From assembly GCA_002633005.1 (NCBI GenBank), contig NMRA01000088.1, forward strand, positions 306,186-370,185: DNA of 64,000 nucleotides, given 5' to 3'. The notes beneath the pieces were generated by a model. That model was not told the origin of the DNA. It saw only the letters and a list, made by a program, of their open reading frames with translations, and did not search any database. A program made the position numbers and the translations under genes. Numbering within the stretch: the first letter of the stretch is position 1; the number at the start of each line of letters is the position of its first letter. The stretch is from Phoronis australis. Its lineage: Eukaryota > Animalia > Phoronida. Below are positions 26,842 through 39,353 of the stretch, one piece after another.

Positions 26842-28470
26842 NNNNNNNNNNNNNNNNNNNNNNNNNNNNNNNNNNNNNNNNNNNNNNNNNNNNNNNNNNN
26901 NNNNNNNNNNNNNNNNNNNNNNNNNNNNNNNNNNNNNNNNNNNNNNNNNNNNNNNNNNNNNNNNNNNNNNNNNNNNNACTCGAGCTGAAATTTGGCGACA
27001 AGGTGCCCGCGGCCATTACATGGTTAGTCAGTTTTCCGCGGTGTGGCGTATGGAGAAACATGGTGTCCGATATTTAGGTTCTCCGAAGGTTTGGTTGTTG
27101 TGTTTTTTGAAGATCAGTCGGAACATAAATGTGGCTTTCAGTGACAAGATATAGCAACAGAACAATTCCGTGAAGGTAAATCTTTATTTCAGCAAAGAAA
27201 TTACAACAACCCGTAGTATTTTCAATTAAATATAATGCAAAATGTGCCAAAACGTCCGATAATTAGGTCACTTGACTGTACAGCACAGTACTCAGTCTCA
27301 GTCACAGGCGTCCTCAGCTTCTGATCGTCCCCAATACACTACATATAATACTACAAGGTATGACACTCCCGACTAGAAATTCCACGGGTGTTTCACTTCA
27401 GCCGTCCATAGCAAATATAAAACTCAATAAATTTACACAAAACAGAGGTTCAACAAACCATGAAGATTGTTCTTTCTCCCAATACCATTCACGGTGTCCT
27501 GTTCCGGCGACTTCGTAAGAAATTCGCAGTCAAAGAACAAAAATGTTCACATAAAGCCCACACACACTTTCATCGTGGGCCGCTCGAGGTCATGGACGGT
27601 GACCAAAAAAGTGGAGTTGGAATTCTTTGCCAAAGTCACCTTAATTCTCGTAACTAAGCTTCAGCGAAGATATGTACAGAAGTATAAAGGACCAATGAAG
27701 AAAGTGAGCGCTTTTTTAAGTGATAGTTTTAAGTGTGGAATGTACTTTTGACGAGGTGAAAACTCAAAATCGGTGGCCGGATTTGGCCTACCGCCCGTTT
27801 GAAATACATAGAAGGAAATGCGTACAGGAAGTGATGGGAAGTATTATAGCCCCTAACTGGCCAACCGAGGGGCTACGTGTTGCCTAACTACACAGGTGAG
27901 CTGGAGTCAAACACAGCCCTGCCACGGTTCGAGTCGAGCCTCCAAACCATATTCAACACTGGTCGCAAATAGCGGTATCTGATTTTGAGAACTGGGCAAT
28001 TGTGCCACCATATTCAAGATGTTCCATCGAAATTGGAACCCCGGTGTAAAACATATCCTGGAGTCAAAAAACTCCCGCACCTTCAAAACAGCAAACCCCT
28101 GACCTTTAGAACAGGAACCCTGGGAGTCGGACAAGACACCTGGGGAAGGAAATACCCCCCACTTTTTGAACGGTGGAATTGGTGAAAGTGCAGGTTTTTT
28201 GAGTGATAATTCTCATGGTTCATTTCAAAATCCGGAAATTGCGCCAGAAATAATGTACCGTCGACAAGTAAACCTACAAACCCTAAAATGCGGCAAATTG
28301 TAAAGATATTTAAAGAATTAATCACTAATGGGACTCAAAAGTCAAAGTGATATTTTTGTGTTTCATTTTTGAAGATATTCTTTGAGAAACTACTTAATAA
28401 CATTTTGTTGAGACAGAAACACTGCTTCACATGCGCATGGTCAGTCATTTACTCTATTTCTCGGGTACAA

Positions 28471-30147
28471 CAGGGATATACTTAGCCACTCGCCCAGTCG
28501 CCAATGCAAGTAAAAATGGTGCTGGGCGAGTAGAGGTTGACTTGCCGGTTGCCCAGGTGGCAAGCGAATTTTCAGAGTGCAAAAGCAGTGTATTATATAA
28601 TTTTTCCTCCTTGTGCTGTTTTTATCAAGAATTTAAGGTTCAGTTTGGTCAGCGTGCCGATGCTCGGCTGTACTAAACATTGGTTCAGTGCGATCCTACT
28701 GATTCAGTAGAGGTCACCCATTACGCTATTCGCAAGACAAAAGTGTGTGGTCGTGACAAAGGAGTTTGCGGACTAGTCCGAAACGGAGAAAAGGGGGGAA
28801 AGGCGGAAGACCGGTCCATGTGGTCATCATAGCTAGTGAAATACCGTAATTCTTGGAACTGATTTCTTATTGTAGTGTACAATGTCATTTTAGCCAAAAT
28901 TATTTTGTAAATAATTACATTCGTCCTAATAAGCGCCCATGCCCCTATAAGCGCCTCCCCCACTCATTTTCAGACTTCGCTAAAATAAGCGCCCAGTCCA
29001 TGAACGTGTACATATTTGAAAAATGCCTTACCTACAGTTCTAAAATTCTACAGTAATGTCTCAAATTTATCAATAATATCCGGCAGTTATGAAAAACCAT
29101 TGTGCGCGTCGCCGCTATGTCGGTATTCAGCCGTGGCTGTACACTTCAAACTTCTGCAGTGCTTCAAAAAGAATGCAAAAGTTTTGCTGATCTTGTGAGG
29201 AACGTGTCCCACTATCATGGTCAGGCCTTTCAGAACAGATGCAGTGTACTTGTCGTCGGGATTGTATTGTATCTTTCCGGTACAGATCTCCCTCAACAAG
29301 AATCCAGATTACTTTGTACAAGTAAAAACCGCGAATCGAAACTTGACCAGTGTTAATGAGCACGTGGCCAAGAAGCACGTGCTAGGGCCTACATATATGT
29401 GGGCTACTTTGACAAAGGAACTCTGATGACATGCACGCACTCGCTTACTCGGCGCACACCTGCAGACTAGTTAAAAACAAACGTCACGTGACAGCAACAT
29501 GTGTGTTCGTCCAGATTTTTCTCGTGCTCACCCAGGGTGCGATCTAGCGCAGATTTGGGCTTAGTCTACGGTTAATCCTGACTCCACGGGAACTTAAAAA
29601 TCTTAGGGACGCTATTTGGAAAACTTAAGGAGGATTTCAGGTAATTTGTTGAGTTGACACTGTATTTTTACTCAAGAATTCAAGTTGCCATATCAACGAT
29701 CCCGAGGCAGCAACGCATCAGTCGGCACGTTTTCGCCCTGGGATTTCAGCACATTTTCTTTAAAAAAAGATCATAATTTAACAACAAAATTTGATAGCAA
29801 TACACCACAGTTTTGTAGAAAGTCTGTCATAGGTTACGAATACGTCACAGCGCGTAAATTTGATGAATCCTAGCTTCCGATTTCACCTTAGGCTAGAACA
29901 AGCGCCCTCCCCCTTCTGAAACGAATTTTTCTATTAAGCACCCTAGGCGTTTAGTAGGGTGAATACGGTAGCCCTAATAGATGGTGACATCAACGCACGA
30001 AACGATGATTTTTATTGACACGGCAGCAAGTTTGTGGTGACAGACGCAAACGGCCTCCGGGCGACTGAACTTTGGGCTGGGCGAGTAGACTTTCTGGCTC
30101 ACTCGCCCAGCTGGTGAGCAGGGTTTTGAAACCTTGGTATATCCCTG
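28471..30147. mobile_element. TIR element (CAGGGATATAC...GTATATCCCTG) with a nested MITE-like insert (~28916-29970)
   Basis: 11-bp TIRs; subterminal CTCGCCCAG/GGGCGAGTAGA repeats at both ends; no clean TSD. Confidence 0.5.
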
Positions 30148-30403
30148 TACAGTATTTCCCACAACACCGGTAGTGTGGAATTTTCTACAATAAAATAATT
30201 TCCAATTAAGGTGAGACCACGTTTCCGTCATTCAGTGGTTGCCTGGTCCTCAAAATCAAGTACCGCTATATTCGAACAGTTTCCTTCTCAAATGTCTCGA
30301 CACAGTAGATTATACCATTTACTAAATTATCTAATTGCTTCTATTTGTGTCCTCTGTATCTTACCTACCAACCCAGGTAATAAGGGTCTCTTGTACATTT
30401 TAG

Positions 30404-30560
30404 GTGGTGATGAAGATCATCAAACACGCACACGAGGAGTCGTCTGGTGGCAATGAGCTTGTGCAGGGTGTATTACTGGGCTTGGTCGTGGACCAGCGAT
30501 TGGAGATCACCAACTGCTTCCCTTTCCCAAGACACACTGAGGAGGAAGATTTTGATGAAG
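30404..30560 (+). CDS. EIF3H: EIF3H exon 2 (MPN domain)
   Basis: [52 protein letters not shown]. Confidence 0.97.
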
Positions 30561-31174
30561 GTGTCTATGCGCAGTGTCACATTAAAGTTTTTCGGGGACC
30601 TAAGCTGTAAAAAGTCTGGGGCCAGACTCATTACAATTCCCATCTTTCACCACAATTTTCAAACTGCCTTCTGTTGCCACAGTTTCCAAGATGCCCCTGT
30701 GTTGGTGAGAGTGTCGATTCTGTGATTTCGCTAAAGTTGTTGAAATTCACGTAAATGAGGTGATGTCTCCTTGGCAGCTTGCAAATATTTGTCTACTAAA
30801 AATGTGGAAAAAGTCAAATGAACTGGGCAAAATCACCTTGGTGGCAAGCAAATCTTTGTTTTGTGCCGTTAGGCAGCTTCGTCTGATCTTAGCTGGAGCA
30901 AAGGTTGTGGTTTTGTGCTAGAGATTGCCATACAAAGCACACAAAATTCAAAACTGCATAGGGATGTTCTGGGTTCACATTCATATTGTGAATTACAAGG
31001 CAACTTTGTGGGGGTTCTTTCATTAAAGTGGTTCTAAATTTCTTTTTCATAAATTTGCCAGAAAGTAATTTGACAATGACATCAATGTTCAGTTTCATCA
31101 GTTTATTCATTTGTACGTTCATTTGAGGAAAACCAGTCAGTTTTTGACATTGGAGCATGAAATTAGAAGATACA

Positions 31175-31341
31175 TACCGTATTGCCGTGCCATTAGGGCC
31201 ATGGGAATCTGCGTGAAAGGGCGCTCATATACGAAGTATAGGTGCATGTGCCAATTTGCGAGCCACTTGGGTTATAAAAAGCTATGAAAAAAGGCATTTT
31301 CGGACTTAGGCCCATGGACCTTAAGGCACGGCAGTACGATA
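31175..31341. mobile_element. TA-flanked MITE (Tc1/mariner/pogo-like)
   Basis: TACCGTATTGCCGTGCCATTAGGGCCATGGG / CCCATGGACCTTAAGGCACGGCAGTACGATA imperfect TIRs. Confidence 0.65.
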
Positions 31342-32526
31342 ATACAAACTATTCACGAAATTTCTTGAAAATATGCCAAGGACCTCTATAGATCCAGAGG
31401 CAAGCGTAAAAATTGCCTTTAGAAGGCACTGCAGTAGTCAAAACGGGTACGCCTATTCGCTAATTAATGCGTGGGCTGATGCAGAGGACATTATGTGCAA
31501 AACATAAGCGAATGCGCTAATATGCAAACCACCAAATTGGTATGAAAGGCATTACTTCGGATAGAGGTAGGAGTCCATCTGTCATTGAATTTTAGTTATT
31601 TACATTTTTTGAATTAAAGCATCACATGGTATTTGTAAATTTCTTGTTCACTACGTTCACTACACGGGGTTGTTTTGTAAGTCTCTGACAATACATGTTA
31701 TACTTGGTGAGAGTTAGTGTTAGATTTTGTACTATTAGATCCTGAATGTTTTTTTTTAATTTTCCTCCTTTTTTAAATTTGTTTCCTTTTTTCATATTTT
31801 TATTTTGCTCCAGCATGATAATTACATGTCACATAAAACAATACAGTATATGTCGTAGTCATTAGTCAACAAGTACCGTATTTCCTTCAGGATATAACTT
31901 AATAAGGTTAATGAACAATTGGAAATTAAGGTTTTTTAACAAACTTGTATAAATATGTAATTTTTTGTTAACATGATCAACAGATTAATATTACAATTTT
32001 CCGACTGAATGTTTCCCAAAAATCCAAAAAGCACTGCTATCTTGTCCACACGAAAATTTACATGATATGATTGTTTTAACCACTCCGCAAACAGGAGCCA
32101 GAAACCGGAGACAAGACGACATTCCCAAAAGAGATGGAGAAAAAATTCACTGTGTTCACCACAGAAAGAGCATTGATAGATCCTGAATGTTTACCAAGAA
32201 GAATGTCTGTATAAACCAAATCTTAATTTACGTTCATTTTATGATTTCACTGTCGCGAAATATCTCCACTATTGACTAATTTCCCATTCATTTAAACTTA
32301 ATACATTTCTTCAAATCATCACAGGCGAGCCAAGCTTGTTTTGGCAAAATCCAAACTTTTTACTGTAAAAACTGTGCAATCCTGTAAAACTAAGAAATTA
32401 TTAGAATTCAGCCATGCGCTTTTTCTTCTAGCAATCTTCTGGGAACATTTTTCTTCTAAACGCTCGTTGCTAGTGTTACATAATGTGAAAATTGTAGGCT
32501 TAATTACACGATGCTTCTCTCCACAG

Positions 32527-32694
32527 TTCAATATCAGATGGAGATGATGCGTAACCTGCGACACGTCAATATTGACCATCTACACGTGGGCTGGTACCAG
32601 AGCGCCTATTATGGCGCGTTCCTCAACCGAGCCTTTCTCGACTCGCAGTTCAACTATCAAAGTTCTATAGAAGAGTCTATTGTACTTATTTATG
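32527..32694 (+). CDS. EIF3H: EIF3H exon 3
   Basis: [26 protein letters not shown]...[13 protein letters not shown]; CAG acceptor, GTGAGT donor. Confidence 0.97.
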
Positions 32695-33245
32695 GTGAGT
32701 CTGCCATTGCCTGTGGACACTTAAGTTTGCTGTATTTAAGTGTTTGTTTTTCCATTGTTTTTTAGGTATTATTTCGCCACTTTCTGTTGTTCAGCTTAGT
32801 TTGGTGTCTCTTTAAAAATACTTGGGTGTGGCTTTAAAATTACTCGCCATCCAAATGCACGAGGTATCACCTGCCTTTTGATGATAAGATCGATGCGCTT
32901 TAAAAAAACCCTGGTCATTGACTATGTTAATTAATTGTCACGGATATGCATTCTCTGGGAAAATGTCCTCGTCTTTGTCGTTACCTATGAAAATTTCACC
33001 TTTTTTCTGATTAGTTTCAATATCTTCAACTCAAGAGAAGAGTTTAAATTTACCAGTTATTACCAAGATAGTCATTTACTATAATACAAATTTGTTACTT
33101 TGTCATTGTTCACAAAAATGCAGTGTCATACTCTTCAGCAAAACGGCCCGTTGACTGATTTTGAATAGTAAAGTAAAAATTTTCTGTACTCAGCTCTACC
33201 AGAGAGGTGAGTTTGATATCAATAGGTCTGTGCTAACCTTTACAG

Positions 33246-33345
33246 ATCCCACCAAAACCAACAAAGGTTTCCTGTCACTCAAGGCTTACAGACTGACCCC
33301 AAGTATGATGGATCTATACAGAGAAGGGGATTTTTCACCAGATAT
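33246..33345 (+). CDS. EIF3H: EIF3H exon 4
   Basis: DPTKTNKGFLSLKAYRLTPSMMDLYREGDFSPD; CAG acceptor, GTAAGT donor. Confidence 0.97.
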
Positions 33346-33814
33346 GTAAGTCAAAGTGAAATACCCCATTCCAAAAAGGTCCATTAGCACCGTTCTCTCA
33401 GGCGAGAGTACTAGAGAGTGGTATGCACAAACTTCCGAGTTGTATCCCAGAACCCTTGAATCGTAGTATGAATCACGATGTCATGTGTACAAATAGGAAC
33501 AAAAAATTTTTCGCACAAACTGCAAATATTATTCAAGCACAATTCATACATACAATCATGAAATCATTTGAACGAACCACATGAAAGAATCTTGGGTCGC
33601 AGAAACAAATTGATGAGCAATATTCTTTCAAACGTTTTTCTTGTGTAGCTTGAAAGACTTTTTACACATGGAGCCCTCAATGTTTTCGAACATGGCTCAG
33701 AACTTTTCAAACGTAGCTCAAAGTCTCTAGACATTGATCAGAGAGAATACCGATAGCATGTTATAAATGCGTGGACTGGATCCAAAATATACAAACCCGC
33801 AATTAAAGTGCACA

Positions 33815-34020
33815 CCAAAAGTATTTTGACAAAATGACTTGGAATTCCCCGTCACGACGGCTCGGTGGAAGTTGAACTCAACATCAGAGTAGTCTTTGCT
33901 CATGAATGAGACTCAATGGTAATTATCAGGAAAGTTAGTAAGGTGGCTATGCCATTGTGCAATTGCAATTTTGCCCCCGTGATAGTTATTACCTGACATT
34001 TTTGTTGTTAACAAAATTAA
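33815..34020 (+). repeat. Interspersed repeat; second copy ~40820-41027
   Basis: Shared GACGGCT(C/G)GGTGGAAG and AGGAAAGTTAGTAAGGTGGC blocks. Confidence 0.65.
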
Positions 34021-34504
34021 AGGGAATTCTTGGGACGAGGGGAAAATTCTAACTTTTATCAGCATCAGTTGCACCCCTCACACTGTTGCGAGCCCTCATA
34101 AGCTCCGCCTCTAGGAGCCACAACTATCATTTAGTGCTCATTCAAATTCGTCACCTGTATGAGTTCTAAGTTATTCAAATCTCGAGAGGAATTTTTGGGC
34201 CTCATGATAGGAATTTTGCCTAGATTTTCAGTATTTTGCTGAAGGGATTGAGGGGCCCTGGATAGATATAATTTTTGAGTGTTTTTGATAGATGTTACCT
34301 CGTTAACTCTAAGATAAACTTTTTGATATGCTACCATAAAATTATCTCTACAGGTTATGTTGGATGGGTAAAACAGTTTAAAATCCAGTAAAAAATATTT
34401 ATTATAAGTACTCACTTTCTTGCCTCAGTGTGTCCTGCTTTTCATCAGATATGAAGACAAGTGGCGTGAATGGCTGATATGAGCAAGCCTTTCGTGTCAT
34501 TTGT

Positions 34505-34556
34505 CTTCAAACCTGATGAAGAGCCGCATCCATTACGGCTTGAAAGCTAGTGTTTC
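34505..34556 (+). ncRNA. Degenerate minimal type I hammerhead ribozyme motif (Penelope-type)
   Basis: CTGATGA-A-GAGCCG(catccatta)CGGCTT-GAAA-GC-TA; stem I weak. Confidence 0.45.
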
Positions 34557-34598
34557 TAATTTTAACCGGTCTTGTCATATGTCATTTTCCAGGTCTTA

Positions 34599-36093
34599 TT
34601 TTTATACGCCCACATATTTATATGTGGTCGCATATTGGCATCCGGCGTCCGCGGCTGTATCTCCTAAACCCCTTGCAGGATCTTATGGAAATTCAGCAGG
34701 TATGTTCCTATGGGGTTGAATACCGTTGTGCCCCCTAGTGGCAATTTTAGTTTTTTACGTTTGCCTCTTTGTTTGTATCTTCAAAGGTCCTCAACCAATT
34801 TTCATGAAATTTGGCACATAGGCATCTGTTAACGAATTGACGCTATTGTCCCGTTTTCGGATGGATTCGAGACATTTTGCGCCATCTAGTGGCCATTTTT
34901 ACTATTTTCAAGTCGTTTTTTGGCGTCTGCCCGTCTAACAACCAAACCACTCCAAGGATGATTGTGAAAATTGGCTTGTTTGTTTGGACTATGATGAAGA
35001 CAGTGGACGATGATTTTCCGACGACTTCGACTACTGTGGCGCCTCGTAGTGGTAGTTTTGTTTGTTTTTGCGCCCATGGCTGTATCTCCTAAACGTTCTA
35101 CAGGATCTTTATTAAATTTAGCAAATGTGTTTACATGAAGTTGACAACGGAGGACGACAACTTTCGGACAGATCGGTGTACTGGTGTGCCCCCTAGTGGC
35201 AATTTTTATGCGCCCACATATTTATATATGTGGACGCATTATGTCGTCATCTCCGTCCGTCCGGGCGGCGTCTGTCAGGCGTCCACTGCTCTATCTCCAA
35301 AACCATTTGACATACATTCATGAAATAGGGCACATATGTTCCATTCATGAATGGGATGGCATGAGCAAACTTTTGGACAGATCCGACTACCGGTGTGCCC
35401 CCTAGTGACAATTTTATTTTTTTACATCTACCTTTGTATCTTCAAAAGTCCTGAACGGATTTTCATGAAATTTAATGTGTAGGCACTTATTAGTGAAGTG
35501 ACGCTATCCTCCTGTTTTTGGATGGATTTGATGTAGTTTGCGCCACCTAGTGGCCATTTTTACTGTTTTCGGGTCTGTTTTTTGCGTCCACCCCTGTATC
35601 AACCAAACCGCTCAAAAGATGATTGTGAAAATCGGCATGTATGTGCTTACTATAAAGATGACGGTTGACGATGATTTTCTGACGATTTCGACTACTGTGG
35701 CGCCTCCTAATGGCAGTTTTGTTTTTGTTGCGCCTATGGCTGTATCTCCTAAACTGTTCGCAGGATCTTTACTTAATTTAGCGAGTGTATTTATATAATG
35801 TTGACTACGGATGACGACGACTTTCAGACAGATCTGAGTACTGCTGTGCCCCCTAGTGGCAATTTTAGTTTTTTACATTTAACTCGGTATCTTCAAAGGT
35901 CCTCAACAGGTTTTCATAAAATTTTAAATATAGGCATCTATTGGTGTGATGACGCTATCTTCCTGTTGTTGGATGGAATCGAGGTATTTTGCACCATCTA
36001 GTGGCCATTTTGATGATACAAATAAACAACCCTAAAAGCACACCATTTGCGATGCATTCGTGGGCGCATTTCAACGCTCCGCGTTGCTCTTGT
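34599..36093 (+). mobile_element. HINE/DINE-1-like element with duplicated head and internal tandem units
   Basis: TTTTTAT(A/G)CGCCCACATAT...ATATGTGG heads at ~34599 and ~35203; GTCC microsatellite; 3' GTGGGCGCAT followed by hairpin CAACGC-tcc-GCGTTG and CTCTTGT. Confidence 0.75.
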
Positions 36094-36195
36094 CTAAGTC
36101 TTGTGGCTGAACTGCTTTGAATGACCAGCATCCCCTAATCATATAAATGCCAGTTTGCTGATTGTCTCACTAACGTATCTGTCTTTTTTACACAG

Positions 36196-36345
36196 GGTTC
36201 GTCAGCAGAAAATAGACTTTCACAAAATGTTTGAGGAGATACCAATTGTAATCAAGAACTCTCATCTTATCAACGCCATGCTGTGCGAAACGGACGCCCA
36301 GCAGTCGGTCGAAAACAAGTTCAACACGTTTGACCTGGCTACCAG
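36196..36345 (+). CDS. EIF3H: EIF3H exon 5
   Basis: VRQQKIDFHKMFEEIPIVIKNSHLINAMLCE...FDLAT; CAG acceptor, GTCAGT donor. Confidence 0.96.
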
Positions 36346-37118
36346 GTCAGTAAGCCACACCTCTAGCCATCACAGAGAACGCAGATAGATATGTAGATAT
36401 GGCTGTTGTAAAATCTTACCAATTTAGAACACAACATGTATGGGGGATCGAATGAAATTACATATAGATTATTACATGGTGAAGTTTAACGCCCCTCGGG
36501 CGATAATTCTCCAAAATCCACTCGGGCTCTAGATAATGGGCGAGATAATGACTGAGAACATGTAATAATCTATTTATACCACATGCTGAATGAGAAACAT
36601 TGCAATGAATCGATCTACCTTTCTCAACTCGCCTCGGCTTTGTAACTACTTTCTATGTCAGAGGCCCGGGGTTGTAGGTCGTGACCTTTTAAGAAAGGAC
36701 GAGCTGTTTTTGTCAAATAATGCTTTTACTTAAAATCAATTGAAAATTTAAAAAAATAGAAATAAAGTGAATCTATAAATTAAGGTTTAGCAACTATTAT
36801 AGCTTACTACACATTTTATCACGCTAAGCTTCGACCGGGAAAATATCGTCTGCTAAAGTAGGTTACCACTAGTAACTGAGTATAATGCTCAAGTCAAAGG
36901 ATACCGACGGCACGATACCCGCATTCAAATTGGAGATCGGTGATTTACAAGTGAGAGAACATGAGAGAAAAATTCCACTGAATTAAAATATTGTTTTTAT
37001 GGAAATTAGGCATCCTATTTTTCATAGCGTATAAATGTCGGTGCAATGCCCTTTACTGAACATGCGATTGTTGCGCGTGCTCATTTAAGTATTCTATTTT
37101 CATGTTTGATGACATCAG

Positions 37119-37190
37119 CTGCTGAGTGGTGTAGTGGTAAAGTCAGCGACTCGAAACTTGAGGCCCAGATTCGAAACCGGCCTCGGTTTC
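37119..37190 (+). repeat. tRNA-derived SINE-like head (not a functional tRNA)
   Basis: A-box-like TGGTGTAGTGG and B-box-like GATTCGAAACC; no complete cloverleaf. Confidence 0.4.
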
Positions 37191-37633
37191 CCGCCAAAAT
37201 GTTATCTCAGTAGTGAGATGGCGCTAATATTGTGGTACAAAGTTTTCTTATTTTTTGCCCTTCATGCATTATTGTAAAGTATTAATAACATTATTAGAAG
37301 CCCATAAAAAGATAAATTACACTTTTGTCGATTTTTGTCAATATTTTCCTGAAAGATGAGGGGTACTAAATAAATGCTTTCTAGTTTTAAGCTCTTTAGC
37401 TTCGCAATTTTGTGAGTTATTTTTGTCCAAAATACTTCATTTGGTTAAAACAGAACTTTATTTCATCAAAATTCTCGACTAAAATAAACTCTAAGAAAGT
37501 CCTTCGAGATTGGTCTATGTTGGTTTATACCTGCACTTGGTAAATTTTGATTGTGGCACAATTTAAAAAATGACTATTGTTACTTGTGAAATGACAAAGG
37601 TCTTAGTTTCATTGCTATTCCTTCCCTCTCCAG

Positions 37634-37763
37634 TGGTGTCCTAGAGAAGCAACTGCAGCTGTTGATGGAGTGCGTGGATGACCTGGGACAGGATAGCAAC
37701 AAGTTCTTTAACTGGCAGCGACAGGATGCCAAGCAGAAGCAGAGCAAAGCTTCCCACATACAN
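37634..37763 (+). CDS. EIF3H: EIF3H exon 6 (3' end has an N)
   Basis: GVLEKQLQLLMECVDDLGQDSNKFFNWQRQDAKQKQSKASHI; CAN|GTGAGT. Confidence 0.93.
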
Positions 37764-38279
37764 GTGAGTGCGATTGCAGGATTAAGTTAAAGCATGGCGC
37801 AGACCAGGAGCTACTCGCTCGGCCAACAGCTTCAAGTGCCAGTTAGCTAAGTATGCAGCTCGATACCAGTTTGATATCTGCAAACCTAGGTCATATGCTT
37901 GCTTATTTTGTGTCTGGATTTGAGCTTTGTACTTTGCTTACTGGCACCTCATGTGGAGGGCTCTAAACGTAGTTCTTCATTCATGTCAGACCTCATGCTA
38001 AGTTCACACGATTGGCAAAAACGCTAACTGTTTCACTGGCTAAAACGCTTGCAGGTTCACTGGCTCAAATGCTAGCAAAATCCCTTGGCAAGCCTCGGGA
38101 CTTAACGAAATTTCCAATAGGTTTTGCCCATGTAAACCCCGAGACTCGTGTAGGATTCTCTATGTAATTGGGACCTGTTTGATCAAGAGTTACAGTTCCT
38201 TGAAAATGTTCTGGTTAGAAATGGCCATCCTAAACTATAAGTCCTGTGTTGGTAGATTCTTATGTAATAGGAATATCGT

Positions 38280-38773
38280 CGGACCTGTTACTGTCAACCC
38301 TGATCAACAAAAAGTGTTTTTGAATGCACCATACTTGGGTAACAACAATACTATTTTGAACAGACAGATAGGCAGAATGCTTAATGTCATTTTACCTCAT
38401 TGTACAATTGTTCCCAATATTCAAGCCTAATAATAGACTTGATTCGCTATACGAACTATATATACAATCACTGTAGTCCACTTTGCAAAAGAGTCGTGTA
38501 GTATACCAGATTAATTGTAACAATTGTGAACAATTTTACGTTGGTATGACTAACAGAATTTTGTGTAACAGAGTAAAAGAACATTCTAAGGATGACCTTA
38601 TTGCTGTCCTAAATCATTCATTAGAGTCTGGTCATAACATTGCTTATTCTGATGCCAGTGTCCTTGACCCAGACAACCACCGGATGAGATTGCTTATAAA
38701 GGAGGCTATTCACATAAGGGAGAAACATGATGAGCATTACGTAAACAGGAATGTTGGAGCTTACAATCTGTAG
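38280..38773 (+). mobile_element. Penelope-like retroelement 3' fragment (GIY-YIG endonuclease), disrupted
   Basis: VVYQINCNNCEQFYVGMTNRILCNRVKEH...NH...GH...KEAIHI...NRNVG motif, preceded in another frame by the linker-like KVFLNAPYLG. Confidence 0.88.
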
Positions 38774-39137
38774 CTGTGCTGATTGGTGTTGTCCTGTTCC
38801 CAGCACGCTAGTTGTGTTTTGTCAGATATCTAAAGAGTTTCTGGTGAACAAATGCCATCTTCATTTCACATGGGACATGGGTGATGTTTTATACAGTGGG
38901 CGTTTTCAGTGTTTTTCAATTCTTTGTCATTACGCAATCGTGTTGCCAGTGCCGCAAAATAGAAGGATTATGTTTCGTCAACTCCTTATACATTGTCCAG
39001 CAAAATTTTTGATTGTGTCTATCAGGAAAGTCACTTTATCCTCTCACCACGCTGTCTATGCCAGTTTTCAGTTATTGCTTCATAATTTTCAACTCCAGTT
39101 TTTGGCGTTTAATCTAATGATATTTTACTCGTTTTAG

Positions 39138-39353
39138 CAACAAGAGAATGCTGCGAGGGCAGTGCGCGGTGAGCCACCCCTACCAGAGGAGGACCTCAAC
39201 AAGCTGTTCAAGCCCCTACAGCCTCCACCGCGACTTGACAACCTCCTGCTGACCGGTCAGATCGATGCCTATGCACGCCAGATCAGCCAGTACGCGTCAC
39301 AGGGGCTTGGCAAGCTGTTCATGGCCGAGGCATTACAACACGAGACCTCATAG
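39138..39353 (+). CDS. EIF3H: EIF3H exon 7 (last)
   Basis: [42 protein letters not shown]...[15 protein letters not shown]; spliced protein ~328 aa. Confidence 0.97.
   Translation, partial: QQENAARAVRGEPPLPEEDLNKLFKPLQPPPRLDNLLLTGQIDAYARQISQYASQGLGKLFMAEALQHETS

Noticed and set aside
26568-27551. Tandem duplication flanking the N gap
   Set aside because: Near-identical copies either side of a scaffold gap most likely reflect allelic or assembly redundancy
37119-37190. tRNA gene
   Set aside because: Only A/B-box-like motifs; acceptor and anticodon stems do not pair convincingly
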